This document shows, one piece after another, positions 48,769 through 57,433 of a stretch of 64,000 bases of DNA (position 1 is the first letter of the stretch; each line of letters starts with the position of its first letter). The DNA comes from Halobacteriovoraceae bacterium. GTDB taxonomy: Bacteria > Bdellovibrionota > Bacteriovoracia > Bacteriovoracales > Bacteriovoracaceae. The notes beneath the pieces are model-generated. The model saw only the letters and a program-made list of their open reading frames with translations, was not told where the DNA came from and made no database searches. The stretch lies in contig CAVRCF010000004.1 in assembly GCA_963719505.1 (NCBI GenBank), positions 32,001 to 96,000 of the forward strand, read 5' to 3'. The position numbers were made by a program, and so were the translations under genes.

Positions 48769-48978
48769 ATGGATGATTCAAAATTAGGAAAATGGGTAGA
48801 AGTTGAATTGGTTAATGGTAAAAAATGGGTAGGTCGTCTTGAAGAGTGGGATGAAGAAGCTGTTTTTATCAGTAATGGCTTTAAGTTTGGCCATACAAAT
48901 CATAAAGGTGCAGAGTGCGCCAGTAGCGAAGTAAAAGAACTTTCTACGACAGAAAAGTCGGAATTTAGCGTTTCTTAA
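48769..48978 (+). CDS. Small Sm/LSM-fold-like protein
   Basis: LGKWVEVELVNGKKWVGRLEEWD resembles the Sm1 motif; AAGGA RBS. Confidence 0.6.
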   Translation: MDDSKLGKWVEVELVNGKKWVGRLEEWDEEAVFISNGFKFGHTNHKGAECASSEVKELSTTEKSEFSVS

Positions 48979-49309
48979 AAATCAAACTCATTATTGTCAC
49001 ACTTAAAAAAGCACTAAATCCAAGTGTGCCACCTAAATTGATACCTAGGGTCGCAGTTTGGTTAAAAATGAAAACAAAAAGAACAGATCCAAAGAGAATA
49101 TGAGAGCTCCTTAGAACTTTTAAGGAAGTCATGCCAACAAAGCTAGAGCCGTAAATAATGGGCTGTAGACTTTGGTCGTTAGGAAAGATGGCCATCGCTA
49201 ATAAGGATAAAATAAGGGTTGATAGGATCGATGAAAGCACAATCGATATTCTGTGCCCAAGAGCCGTCGTTATTGCACAACTTGATATCGCAAAAGCAAA
49301 AGCTATCAA
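48965..49309 (-). CDS. Small multi-TM membrane protein (paralog of upstream gene)
   Basis: IYGSSFVGM, LGGTLGFSAF; TTG start overlapping the upstream TGA with a GGAG RBS. Confidence 0.7.
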   Translation of the reverse strand: MIAFAFAISSCAITTALGHRISIVLSSILSTLILSLLAMAIFPNDQSLQPIIYGSSFVGMTSLKVLRSSHILFGSVLFVFIFNQTATLGINLGGTLGFSAFLSVTIMSLIFKKR

Positions 49310-49665
49310 AACAACTCCACAAAGAGATTAACCGAACAACCGATAAAGGCAATTGTTCCCAATTTCCCACCAAATCCGATGAGACGGTTCTCAAGTGCGA
49401 TGAAAGCCAAGGCTGAAATAAATGATGCCGTTATTAAAAAAAATATATTATCGATATTCCCCATGGCGATAAAAGATCCACAATATAGCAAACCATCATT
49501 TTTGTAAGTTTTGAAAATAAGTCTATGAATAGCGATAAAGAATAAACTGGCAAGACAAGAAGCTATGACAGCTGAGAAGAAAGCTTTCAAATAGAATGTT
49601 CCAAATGAGCCAATTAAAATAGGCAAAAAAATATTAAGGAAGAGGGCAAAATACTTCGAGATCAT
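49306..49665 (-). CDS. Small multi-TM membrane protein
   Basis: LYCGSFIAMG, GFGGKLGTIAF; start uncertain. Confidence 0.7.
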   Translation of the reverse strand: MISKYFALFLNIFLPILIGSFGTFYLKAFFSAVIASCLASLFFIAIHRLIFKTYKNDGLLYCGSFIAMGNIDNIFFLITASFISALAFIALENRLIGFGGKLGTIAFIGCSVNLFVELF

Positions 49666-49778
49666 ATCTAACAGTCCGAATTCATGAAGGGGCAAATAAA
49701 GAGATATATAAAGTCTAAATATCTTTTATAATTCAAGATGACAAGAAAGCTAACCAAAGTCAAAAAATAAGGAATCAA

Positions 49779-50093
49779 ATGAAAAAAATTATCTTAATGA
49801 CCTTTCTCCTTCTATCTTTTATGAGCTATTCAAATGATTCTGAAAAAGAAGAAGGCAATATTAGTGAGCGTAAAAAAATGCGTCAAGAAAAGCGCAAAGC
49901 TCGAAAAGCCCACATGAAAACTCTAACCAAAGATCAAAGAAAAGATATGAGGGCTGAATTCAAAGCTAAAAAACAACAGCATTATGAAAACTCTAGTGAT
50001 GAAAAGAAGGCCAAGATGGACAAAAGAAAAGCCAGAAGACAAGAAATGAGAAAGAAGAGAAAGGCAGAAAGGCTAAAAAAGAAAGAATCTTAA
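49779..50093 (+). CDS. Exported highly basic helical protein
   Basis: Signal peptide, K/R/E-rich, LTKDQR. Confidence 0.7.
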   Translation: MKKIILMTFLLLSFMSYSNDSEKEEGNISERKKMRQEKRKARKAHMKTLTKDQRKDMRAEFKAKKQQHYENSSDEKKAKMDKRKARRQEMRKKRKAERLKKKES

Positions 50094-50110
50094 AAAGATT
50101 ATTTACACCT

Positions 50111-50130
50111 GGAGTAGCGAAGGCTACTCC
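50111..50130. terminator. Hairpin between convergent genes
   Basis: GGAGTAGC-gaag-GCTACTCC. Confidence 0.6.
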
Positions 50131-50565
50131 TTAGCGGCATTTAAAGATGATCATTTTATCTCCACCAAATTGAGAGAAGTTTGAGAGATATTTTCCCTCT
50201 CCCCCGGAGCTATTTTCGAATCTTCCAAAGAAAAAATCATCTTGATCTAACTCAAGGTATTTATCATAAAGGAAGATCTCTTTTATTCTGTAAGGGGTAT
50301 CCTTGATATTTGCTAAAACTGTTGAGCTTGTAAACTCCACAACATGTCTTTCACTATCAAATGTTTTTACATCCAATATCTGTTCTTGAGAAGATGTTTT
50401 GACAACGATAGAAGAGTTGATCAAGAATGGATTTTGTCTGAAGTCCTCTGTGTCATGGATAATATCAAGGACAACCTCAGTCTGGTTTAAAAGGGCTACA
50501 CACTCTAGATTTTTGATCTCCGAGTGTGCAGTAAATGATAAAAAGATGAGAGCTAAAAATTTCAT
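50131..50565 (-). CDS. Exported hypothetical protein
   Basis: Signal peptide; start overlaps the glucoamylase stop codon by 1 nt. Confidence 0.7.
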   Translation of the reverse strand: MKFLALIFLSFTAHSEIKNLECVALLNQTEVVLDIIHDTEDFRQNPFLINSSIVVKTSSQEQILDVKTFDSERHVVEFTSSTVLANIKDTPYRIKEIFLYDKYLELDQDDFFFGRFENSSGGEGKYLSNFSQFGGDKMIIFKCR

Positions 50566-51914
50566 TATTTCTTCATCTTTAGGACTTTAGAACGAGCGTT
50601 AACCGCTGTAATAAAAGCTCCATAACTCCAAGTTAAATGTGGGGCACCAGTCATATAACCAGAGTATCTTCCAAATTGTTCGTCAAGTTGGAGAGTCGAT
50701 CCAGAGTGGATTTTGATTCTTTCTAAGTTTTCATCTCCAAGTTCAGTAAGGGTGTCGACCAGTCTTTTTATAACTCCAGAATGAGAGATCGTTGCAGGGG
50801 CTAGGTTCATCTTTAAAATATTATTAAAGAATCCCATATTGTCAGATGTTATATTTACCTTACCGTTTTCTTTAATCATTAAAGCGAGTTCATAATAGTA
50901 CTCACTCAAAGCCGCTGTTAAAAGGAACCATGGCTGTCCACCAAAGTATGTATCTTCAGCATATCTTCCAATTCCTACTCCAACGAAAGTGTTGTTGATT
51001 GGATAGATTTCTTTAAATTTCAAAACGAGTTTTTCAACTGTTCTTAAAATTCTATTATCGAGGTGGTTGTAACTAAATTGTCTTACACCACTGTGAAGAA
51101 CGGCTAAGATTGTCGAAGCATCTAACCTTGAAGGCTTAACAAGTCCACCAGTTCTATCTATTGTAGAGAGAATATAGTTTCTGTCTTTAGACCAAAATGT
51201 TCTAAGTTTTGCATTGAGATCTTGGGCCTTGGCAAAATACCAAGTTGCAGCTGCCTCATCTCCCATGAGTTTTGCAACTTTACTTCCCATAAGAAGAGCT
51301 TTTCTTTGTGCCATTTTTGTATAAAAATGTGTCCCTTTAATTTCTTCCCAAAGGTCGAAATCATCCTCTTGAAAATGATGAGACGTATATTCAAGATCAA
51401 CCTTTAAGACTGTTCTTGCTGGAAGGCTAGGGTTGTATAAGTGCTTTTTAACAAATTCTATCTCGCCTTGGTCAATAAGTTTCAAAGCGTATTGAGCAAG
51501 TGTGATAACTCTCAAAGCCGGACCATCGTTTTGAGGTCTACCCCAAGGTCCTGTAAAACTTGTTCCGTCTGGATTAAATTTTGGCTCACCTTGATTGGTT
51601 AACTTGGAAACATTTTGATGATGAGAGACAAGATTAATATAGTCCTCCACCATTGGCTTAAACTTCTCAGCGCTCAGGGTCTCTTGAAGAGAACTCATCA
51701 CTAGTGCAGCGTCTCTTACCCAGTGGAAATAATAATTAGGGTATGACTTAGAAGGAGCAGCTATGATAAAGCCAGGTCGTGTATCGGGTCTACTGGTGTG
51801 GTCTAAAATACGTTTAAGACTATAGTCGTATTGATCTTTAACCCATTTTTCAGAAACGGTCTGTGCGAATGAATGAGCTGATAAAAGTAAAGAAAGCATT
51901 ACAATAAATTTCAT
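50565..51914 (-). CDS. Secreted GH15 glucoamylase (fungal/Legionella GamA type)
   Basis: Signal peptide; NYYFHWVRDAAL, GEPKFNPDG..FTGPWGRPQNDGPALR, FDLWEE, LDEQF, LTWSY. Confidence 0.93.
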   Translation of the reverse strand: MKFIVMLSLLLSAHSFAQTVSEKWVKDQYDYSLKRILDHTSRPDTRPGFIIAAPSKSYPNYYFHWVRDAALVMSSLQETLSAEKFKPMVEDYINLVSHHQNVSKLTNQGEPKFNPDGTSFTGPWGRPQNDGPALRVITLAQYALKLIDQGEIEFVKKHLYNPSLPARTVLKVDLEYTSHHFQEDDFDLWEEIKGTHFYTKMAQRKALLMGSKVAKLMGDEAAATWYFAKAQDLNAKLRTFWSKDRNYILSTIDRTGGLVKPSRLDASTILAVLHSGVRQFSYNHLDNRILRTVEKLVLKFKEIYPINNTFVGVGIGRYAEDTYFGGQPWFLLTAALSEYYYELALMIKENGKVNITSDNMGFFNNILKMNLAPATISHSGVIKRLVDTLTELGDENLERIKIHSGSTLQLDEQFGRYSGYMTGAPHLTWSYGAFITAVNARSKVLKMKK

Positions 51915-52047
51915 TTATTTCTCCCCAATAATGTGTGCAATGCAATTTGTTAGCAATTATGGGTTGAGCTGACAAGGGTAACTTGTTAATTGACACTTAA
52001 TATTCACAGCGATAAAAGCAAGTTACATAAATTTCAATAGGATACAA

Positions 52048-53640
52048 ATGATTACACTCTCTTCACTCGATTACGGGCTAATAGGCCTCTACTTCCTTGT
52101 TGTTTTTGGCCTGGCTTACATGGTTACAGGAAAAAAATCCTCTCAAGATTCTGAGGAATACTTTTTGGCCGGCAGAAACCTCGGTTGGTTTGTCGTTGGA
52201 GCGTCTATTTTTGCCTCAAATATCGGTTCCGAACATCTCATAGGTCTTGCGGGCTCAGGAGCTACAACGGGCGTGATTGTGGCCCAATTTGAACTGATTG
52301 CTTGCTTTGTGCTTCTTCTTTTAGGATGGGTTTTTGCTCCCTTTTATATCAAGTCGGGTGTTGTAACGATGCCTGAGTTTCTTGAAAAGCGTTACTCTAA
52401 AGCCGCAAGAGATTACCTTACATATGTCTCTATTATTGCCTACGTGCTCACAAAAATTTCAGTAACAATCTATGCGGGTAGTGTTTTATTTGAAAGTATA
52501 GGTGTGTCTTTTTGGGATGGGGCTTTAATTGTCGTTATCGCCACTGGTATCTATACTATTTTTGGCGGACTTAAAGCCGTCATCTACACCGATATGATTC
52601 AAATGATCGTAATGCTAGTTGGTTCAACTTTGATCGTCTATTTTGGATTGGATGAGCTCGGTGGTTTGGGTGAATTAAAAACGACTCTTAGTCCTAGCTT
52701 CTTTTCCATGTGGCGAACAATGGATGATCCCAGTTTTCCTTGGACAGGTATTTTATTTGGAGCTCCCATTTTAGGGGTTTGGTATTGGTGTACCGACCAG
52801 TTTGTTGTTCAAAGAGTCCTGTCTGCTAAAAATATTAAAGAAGCACGTAAAGGAACAATTTTCGCTGGATTCCTAAAGGTACTTCCACTCTATCTTTTTG
52901 TCCTCCCAGGGATGATTTGTTTTGCCCTGTCTCAAAAAGGTCTTTTAACCCTAGAGCGAAGTGATCAAGCCCTTCCTGTATTGGCCTCGTTCGTCCTTCC
53001 AAACGGAGTAAGGGGATTTTTTGTTGCCGGTTTACTCGCAGCTCTTATGAGTTCATTGTCTTCAGTTTTTAATTCGTGTTCAACCCTTGTGACCTATGAA
53101 ATATTTAAGAGAAAAAACCCTAGTCTTTCAGAGAAAAAGTTAGTTCAGATTGGGAGAATTTCAACTGTCGTCTTGGTCGTTTTAGGTATCGCTTGGATTC
53201 CAATGATGAAACATATCTCAGGAGAGCTTTTTACTTACATCCAAAGCGTTCAGGCCTATATCTCGCCTCCTATAGCCGCAGTCTTTTTTCTCGGGCTCTT
53301 TATAAAGAGAATTAATGCAAAGGCTGCTATCACCGCTTTATATGCTGGGCTGTTCGTGGGACTTTTTAGGCTCATCTTAGAAATTCAAAAAGCAAATATA
53401 GATGGAATCTTATTAGAATTTGCCACGATGAATTTCTTGCATTTTGCAGCCTTCTTATTTGTGTTTGTCTCAGTTTTAATGATTGTTGTGAGTCTTCTTA
53501 CAGCTAAGGATGATAAAGATCTCTCTAGCGTTACTTACAATGGAGATATGTTAAAACTTATGAAGGGTACGAAGACTGAGTATGTTCTTTCTGCCCTTCT
53601 TGTTTTTACAGTTCTCTTTATTTGGTGGTTCTACCGATGA
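52048..53640 (+). CDS. Sodium:solute symporter, SGLT/sugar type
   Basis: YFLAGRNL, ASNIGSEHLIGLAG, TMPEFL, GGLKAVIYTD, WYWCTDQFVVQR. Confidence 0.93.
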   Translation: MITLSSLDYGLIGLYFLVVFGLAYMVTGKKSSQDSEEYFLAGRNLGWFVVGASIFASNIGSEHLIGLAGSGATTGVIVAQFELIACFVLLLLGWVFAPFYIKSGVVTMPEFLEKRYSKAARDYLTYVSIIAYVLTKISVTIYAGSVLFESIGVSFWDGALIVVIATGIYTIFGGLKAVIYTDMIQMIVMLVGSTLIVYFGLDELGGLGELKTTLSPSFFSMWRTMDDPSFPWTGILFGAPILGVWYWCTDQFVVQRVLSAKNIKEARKGTIFAGFLKVLPLYLFVLPGMICFALSQKGLLTLERSDQALPVLASFVLPNGVRGFFVAGLLAALMSSLSSVFNSCSTLVTYEIFKRKNPSLSEKKLVQIGRISTVVLVVLGIAWIPMMKHISGELFTYIQSVQAYISPPIAAVFFLGLFIKRINAKAAITALYAGLFVGLFRLILEIQKANIDGILLEFATMNFLHFAAFLFVFVSVLMIVVSLLTAKDDKDLSSVTYNGDMLKLMKGTKTEYVLSALLVFTVLFIWWFYR

Positions 53641-54524
53641 TCTTAGGTATTGATATTGGTGGAACAAATACAAAGCTTGGTGTCGTTGATGATAAGGGGC
53701 GCGTTTTAACAAAAACTGTTTTTCCAACCATGGCGGACCAAGATATCTCCATGTTTCTCGACAATTTAAAACGAGAAGTCGATAAGATTTCTAAGCAGTA
53801 TCCTTTTACTAAAATAGGCGTGGGGTCTCCAAACTATTCTTCGAAGACTGGATTTCTCGCTTCACCCCCGAACCTTTCATGGGGAAGTGTAAATTTAAAA
53901 AAATTAATCAACGAAGCGTTGCCATCATTTGAAATCAATATTGAAAATGATGCGAACATAGCCGCTGTGGGCGAGAAGATTTACGGAGAGGCACAGTCTC
54001 TTAGTGACTTTATTGTGATCACAGTGGGGACTGGTATTGGTTCTGGAATTTTTATTGAAAACAAACTTTTCACTGGATTATCGGGACTAGCTGCCGAGGC
54101 AGGGCATATTCAAATTGCAAGTGAAAATAGAGCTTGTGGTTGTGGTGGCAGAGATCACTTTGAAAGCTATTGTTCAGTTAGTGGCATTAAGCAGACCTAC
54201 AAAGAGGTGACCGGTAAGGATGAAGTTAGCTATAGAGGACTTGTTGGTGAGTTTAATGATGGTGATCCTATTGCGCTAGAGGTTTTTACTAAAACGGCTA
54301 TTCACTTCGCTAATGGCTTAAGCTCCATTGCCGCTTTATTTTCTCCTGAGAGATTCATACTCACTGGTGGTGGGATGACCAATGGTGAGAAATTTTTAAA
54401 TCTTATTCAAAAAGAGTTTTCGGCCAGGGCCTATAGCTTACAAAAACATATACCTATCGAGATTTCCTCGATTGCAAAAGAGGATGGTGCGATTTTAGGC
54501 GCAGCAGCTTCTGCTTCTCTTTAG
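53637..54524 (+). CDS. ROK-family sugar kinase (glucokinase-like)
   Basis: GIDIGGT, ENDAN, GTGIGSG, EAGH, CGCG...E.YCS; no HTH; ATGA overlap with the symporter. Confidence 0.9.
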   Translation: MILGIDIGGTNTKLGVVDDKGRVLTKTVFPTMADQDISMFLDNLKREVDKISKQYPFTKIGVGSPNYSSKTGFLASPPNLSWGSVNLKKLINEALPSFEINIENDANIAAVGEKIYGEAQSLSDFIVITVGTGIGSGIFIENKLFTGLSGLAAEAGHIQIASENRACGCGGRDHFESYCSVSGIKQTYKEVTGKDEVSYRGLVGEFNDGDPIALEVFTKTAIHFANGLSSIAALFSPERFILTGGGMTNGEKFLNLIQKEFSARAYSLQKHIPIEISSIAKEDGAILGAAASASL

Positions 54525-54535
54525 CTTTTAAACTT

Positions 54536-56017
54536 TTAAAGTAAAAATTTGAGCAGCCAAGATGGGAGTGAAAGGAGTCTCATTTGCGTTAACCCACCCG
54601 GGTGATGACCGAAGCGATTAACTTCTTCTTTTGTTCTATTATCTCTCGCCTTTCTTTTTGCTAATATTTCCAAGCCATGGGAAATTCTAAGTTTAACATT
54701 ATCTGCGACTTCATCATAAAGTTTTTTACTTCCTTTGCAAAAGAGACCAAGCTCTGAATTGTAATGGTTGGATCTATTGTCTACATTATAGGTACTAACC
54801 ATAAATTCTAAGGTGTCATGACTTTCAAAAAGGTAAGTTTTTGAATGCGTACCCCACCGAGCATCTTTAATAGCGGGACTTATAACTTCTGTTTCAGGGA
54901 TAAATGAACCTTGATGGAGATTCGTTTTAATACCTTTTTTTCTCCACCTATAAACATCTTTGTAGAGGTTTGCTGCTACATATACGGCGTCTGTAGAAGA
55001 CAGTGAATTAGTATAAGTTTCAATTTCGACACCTTTTTCAAGCATCTTGTCCATTAATCTTCGCGAGTATTTATTGTTCAAAAGATAGGGAGATGAAATC
55101 GTCACTTTTTTATCTGTGGAACTCATTTTGTCGTAAAGTGTTTTTCTTAAATATCTATAGTCGTCTGAGTATGAGTCAACAAGTCTTCTCCAAAAAGTTG
55201 CCCCCGGTCTATCTGTAGACCAAGTGACTTCGGGGCAGAGACTAGAAGTGGCTTTGCTTAAAATGTTTTTTCCTAGGTTTCTTATTTTTGATAGTTTATT
55301 TTCATCTTGTTCAGATCTTACTAGGGTTTGCTGTGCTTTTTTCAAAAGAAGATCATAGTCTTTAGGTTTTTTGTCTTCGAGAATTGGAAAATTCACTCTT
55401 TGTGAAATTCTATGATCAAAATATTCATCAAAACTGGCTGCGATCGTTTTGACTAAAGGTCCTTCGACAACAACATCTCTATCTATAAAATTATATGTCT
55501 CTGATAGGTCAAAATAATCGTCTCCTATATTTCGTCCACCAATAATTGCGATTTCATCGTCGGCGATAAGAATCTTTCTATGGTTTCTAAACTGAATTGT
55601 TGAGACTCTGTAAAGGGGAGCTGAATTGTAGAATCTTAACTCCACACCATTTTGAGAGAGAACTTGGGAGTCGTATTTATCTAAGCTTACGATGGGCATT
55701 GATTTGTCTACCAATAGTCTGACTGAAACTCCTCTTTTTGCTGCTGCGACAAGTTCCTGGAGAATGATTCTTCCTGATAGATCCTTTTCAAAAATAAAAT
55801 ACTCTACCTCAATCGAGGTTTTAGCGTTTTGGATGAGTTGAATTCGTTTTTCAAGTGATCCTATCCCAGAGTTTAGAATAGTTAGGTAGTTGTTTTGATT
55901 ATTTTGCGCCGATTGAACTTCATAGTAAGGATATGGAATCCCTTGAGACAGTAAGGCCTCTTGTGCGATGGCACCAAGGGAGAGAACGAGCAAAAATGCT
56001 AAAATAAATTTCTTCAT
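54536..56017 (-). CDS. Exported phospholipase D-family protein (ClsC/YmdC-like)
   Basis: Signal peptide; HRKILIAD...GGRNIGDDYF and HSKTYLFE...NVDNRS. Confidence 0.88.
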   Translation of the reverse strand: MKKFILAFLLVLSLGAIAQEALLSQGIPYPYYEVQSAQNNQNNYLTILNSGIGSLEKRIQLIQNAKTSIEVEYFIFEKDLSGRIILQELVAAAKRGVSVRLLVDKSMPIVSLDKYDSQVLSQNGVELRFYNSAPLYRVSTIQFRNHRKILIADDEIAIIGGRNIGDDYFDLSETYNFIDRDVVVEGPLVKTIAASFDEYFDHRISQRVNFPILEDKKPKDYDLLLKKAQQTLVRSEQDENKLSKIRNLGKNILSKATSSLCPEVTWSTDRPGATFWRRLVDSYSDDYRYLRKTLYDKMSSTDKKVTISSPYLLNNKYSRRLMDKMLEKGVEIETYTNSLSSTDAVYVAANLYKDVYRWRKKGIKTNLHQGSFIPETEVISPAIKDARWGTHSKTYLFESHDTLEFMVSTYNVDNRSNHYNSELGLFCKGSKKLYDEVADNVKLRISHGLEILAKRKARDNRTKEEVNRFGHHPGGLTQMRLLSLPSWLLKFLL

Positions 56018-56075
56018 AAAACAGTCCTTTAGACTATTTTACTGTTCTTTGGGGTTTTTACGAGGTGGTTGACGA

Positions 56076-56091
56076 GGTTTACATAGGGGTG
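56076..56091 (+). repeat. Target-site duplication, left copy
   Basis: GGTTTACATAGGGGTG identical to 57417-57432. Confidence 0.9.
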
Positions 56092-57416
56092 TATAGAAAC
56101 TAGACGATTATGTCCTATCCTTATTTCTCAGCGATTATGTCCTATTCAATAATATTTATGTACCCTGATTCCAATCAGTTATTAGGGGAATTGAATGGGA
56201 AAAGTCACTATGTCACAAAAAGAATTGAAGCAGTATCGCCTGGCCATGGATGTTATTGAAGGTAAGTTAACTATAATTTCCTTCTCTGAACAGATTGGAA
56301 AATCGTATCGACAATCTCAGAGAATTATCAATAAAGTTAAGGCCAAGGGTTCGATTGGTGTCTTACATGGAAACATTAATCGAACTCCTCACAATAAAAC
56401 TCCATTCGAAGTTGAAGAAAAAATAGTCTCTCTTCTAAAAAATCAATATCGAAACTTTAATCTAACTCATTTTCGAGAAAAGATAGAAGAGTATGAGGAA
56501 ATTAAAATCAAAAAAGATGCACTTCACTCAATTGCTAGGAAACATTGCCTTGTAAAACATCCTAAACGAAGAGGAAGACGGTGCCATAAACCAAGAGCAA
56601 GACTTCCAAAAGAAGGGATGATGATTCAGTTTGATGGAAGTGATCATACTTGGTTCGGTGATGAAAGAACTGATTTGATTGGAGGAATTGATGATGCTAC
56701 CGGGATTGTTGTTGGTGCTGAATTTTTCTATGGAGAGACGTCAAATAACTCTCTGAAGGTGATTAGGGAGATCGTTGATAACTATGGATTGCCAGAAAGT
56801 TTCTATATGGACCAAGCAGGTATTTATGGTAAGAAAGAGCGCGAGTGGGAATCACAAATTTCGAGAGCATTTGATCAAACAGGAATTCAATTAATCTTAG
56901 CAGGTTCTTCTCAAGCAAAGGGAAGAATAGAGAGACTCTGGAGAACATTCCAAGACAGACTGGTAGCGGAGTTAGAATTTAATCACATAACAAATATTGA
57001 AGAAGCCAATTATTACTTAAAAGAGATTTTTATTCCTGCATACAATTTTCAATTCTCAGTCAAAGCCGAAGAAGAAGAAGAAAAAGCCTGGAGAAAAAAT
57101 GTTTTTGGAGACCTAGATATTATATTTTGTAAAAAGATTAGGCGAAAAATTATGGTTGGAAATGTATTTAGTTGGGAGAATGTGACTTGGGTGTTGGATG
57201 AAAAAAGGTGTTTCTATGGACGAGAAATCAATATAAATATTCACCTTGATGGAAGCTACAGCTTCGATGTGATGGGCAGAAAAGTTCAATGTAAAGTTAG
57301 TAATAGGAAAAGATTAAGTGACTATGGTGATAAGTCGAAACACAGAAAAAGCGCTTAAAGTCTGATAGGACATAATCGCTCAGAAATTAACCGGACATAA
57401 TTGCCCAGAAACAACA
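56092..57416 (+). mobile_element. IS1202-family (ISNCY) insertion sequence, 1325 bp
   Basis: TAT...ACA ends, imperfect IRs with repeated ATTATGTCC units, single DDE transposase, 16-bp flanking direct repeat. Confidence 0.9.
56195..57358 (+). CDS. ISNCY/IS1202-family DDE transposase
   Basis: N-terminal HTH, QFDGSDH, IDDATG, MDQAG, SSQAKGRIERLWRTFQDRL. Confidence 0.95.
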   Translation: MGKVTMSQKELKQYRLAMDVIEGKLTIISFSEQIGKSYRQSQRIINKVKAKGSIGVLHGNINRTPHNKTPFEVEEKIVSLLKNQYRNFNLTHFREKIEEYEEIKIKKDALHSIARKHCLVKHPKRRGRRCHKPRARLPKEGMMIQFDGSDHTWFGDERTDLIGGIDDATGIVVGAEFFYGETSNNSLKVIREIVDNYGLPESFYMDQAGIYGKKEREWESQISRAFDQTGIQLILAGSSQAKGRIERLWRTFQDRLVAELEFNHITNIEEANYYLKEIFIPAYNFQFSVKAEEEEEKAWRKNVFGDLDIIFCKKIRRKIMVGNVFSWENVTWVLDEKRCFYGREININIHLDGSYSFDVMGRKVQCKVSNRKRLSDYGDKSKHRKSA

Positions 57417-57432
57417 GGTTTACATAGGGGTG
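57417..57432 (+). repeat. Target-site duplication, right copy
   Basis: GGTTTACATAGGGGTG. Confidence 0.9.
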
Positions 57433-57433
57433 T

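Noticed and set aside
54536-56017. PLD with second motif HxKxxxxE as an inactive enzyme or defence nuclease
   Set aside because: Catalytic His and Lys are retained, and the signal peptide and overall layout fit an exported ClsC-like phospholipase
56105-56145. Short direct repeats resembling a mini-CRISPR or iterons
   Set aside because: Only two copies, mirrored at the other IS end; explained as transposase-binding sites; no cas genes
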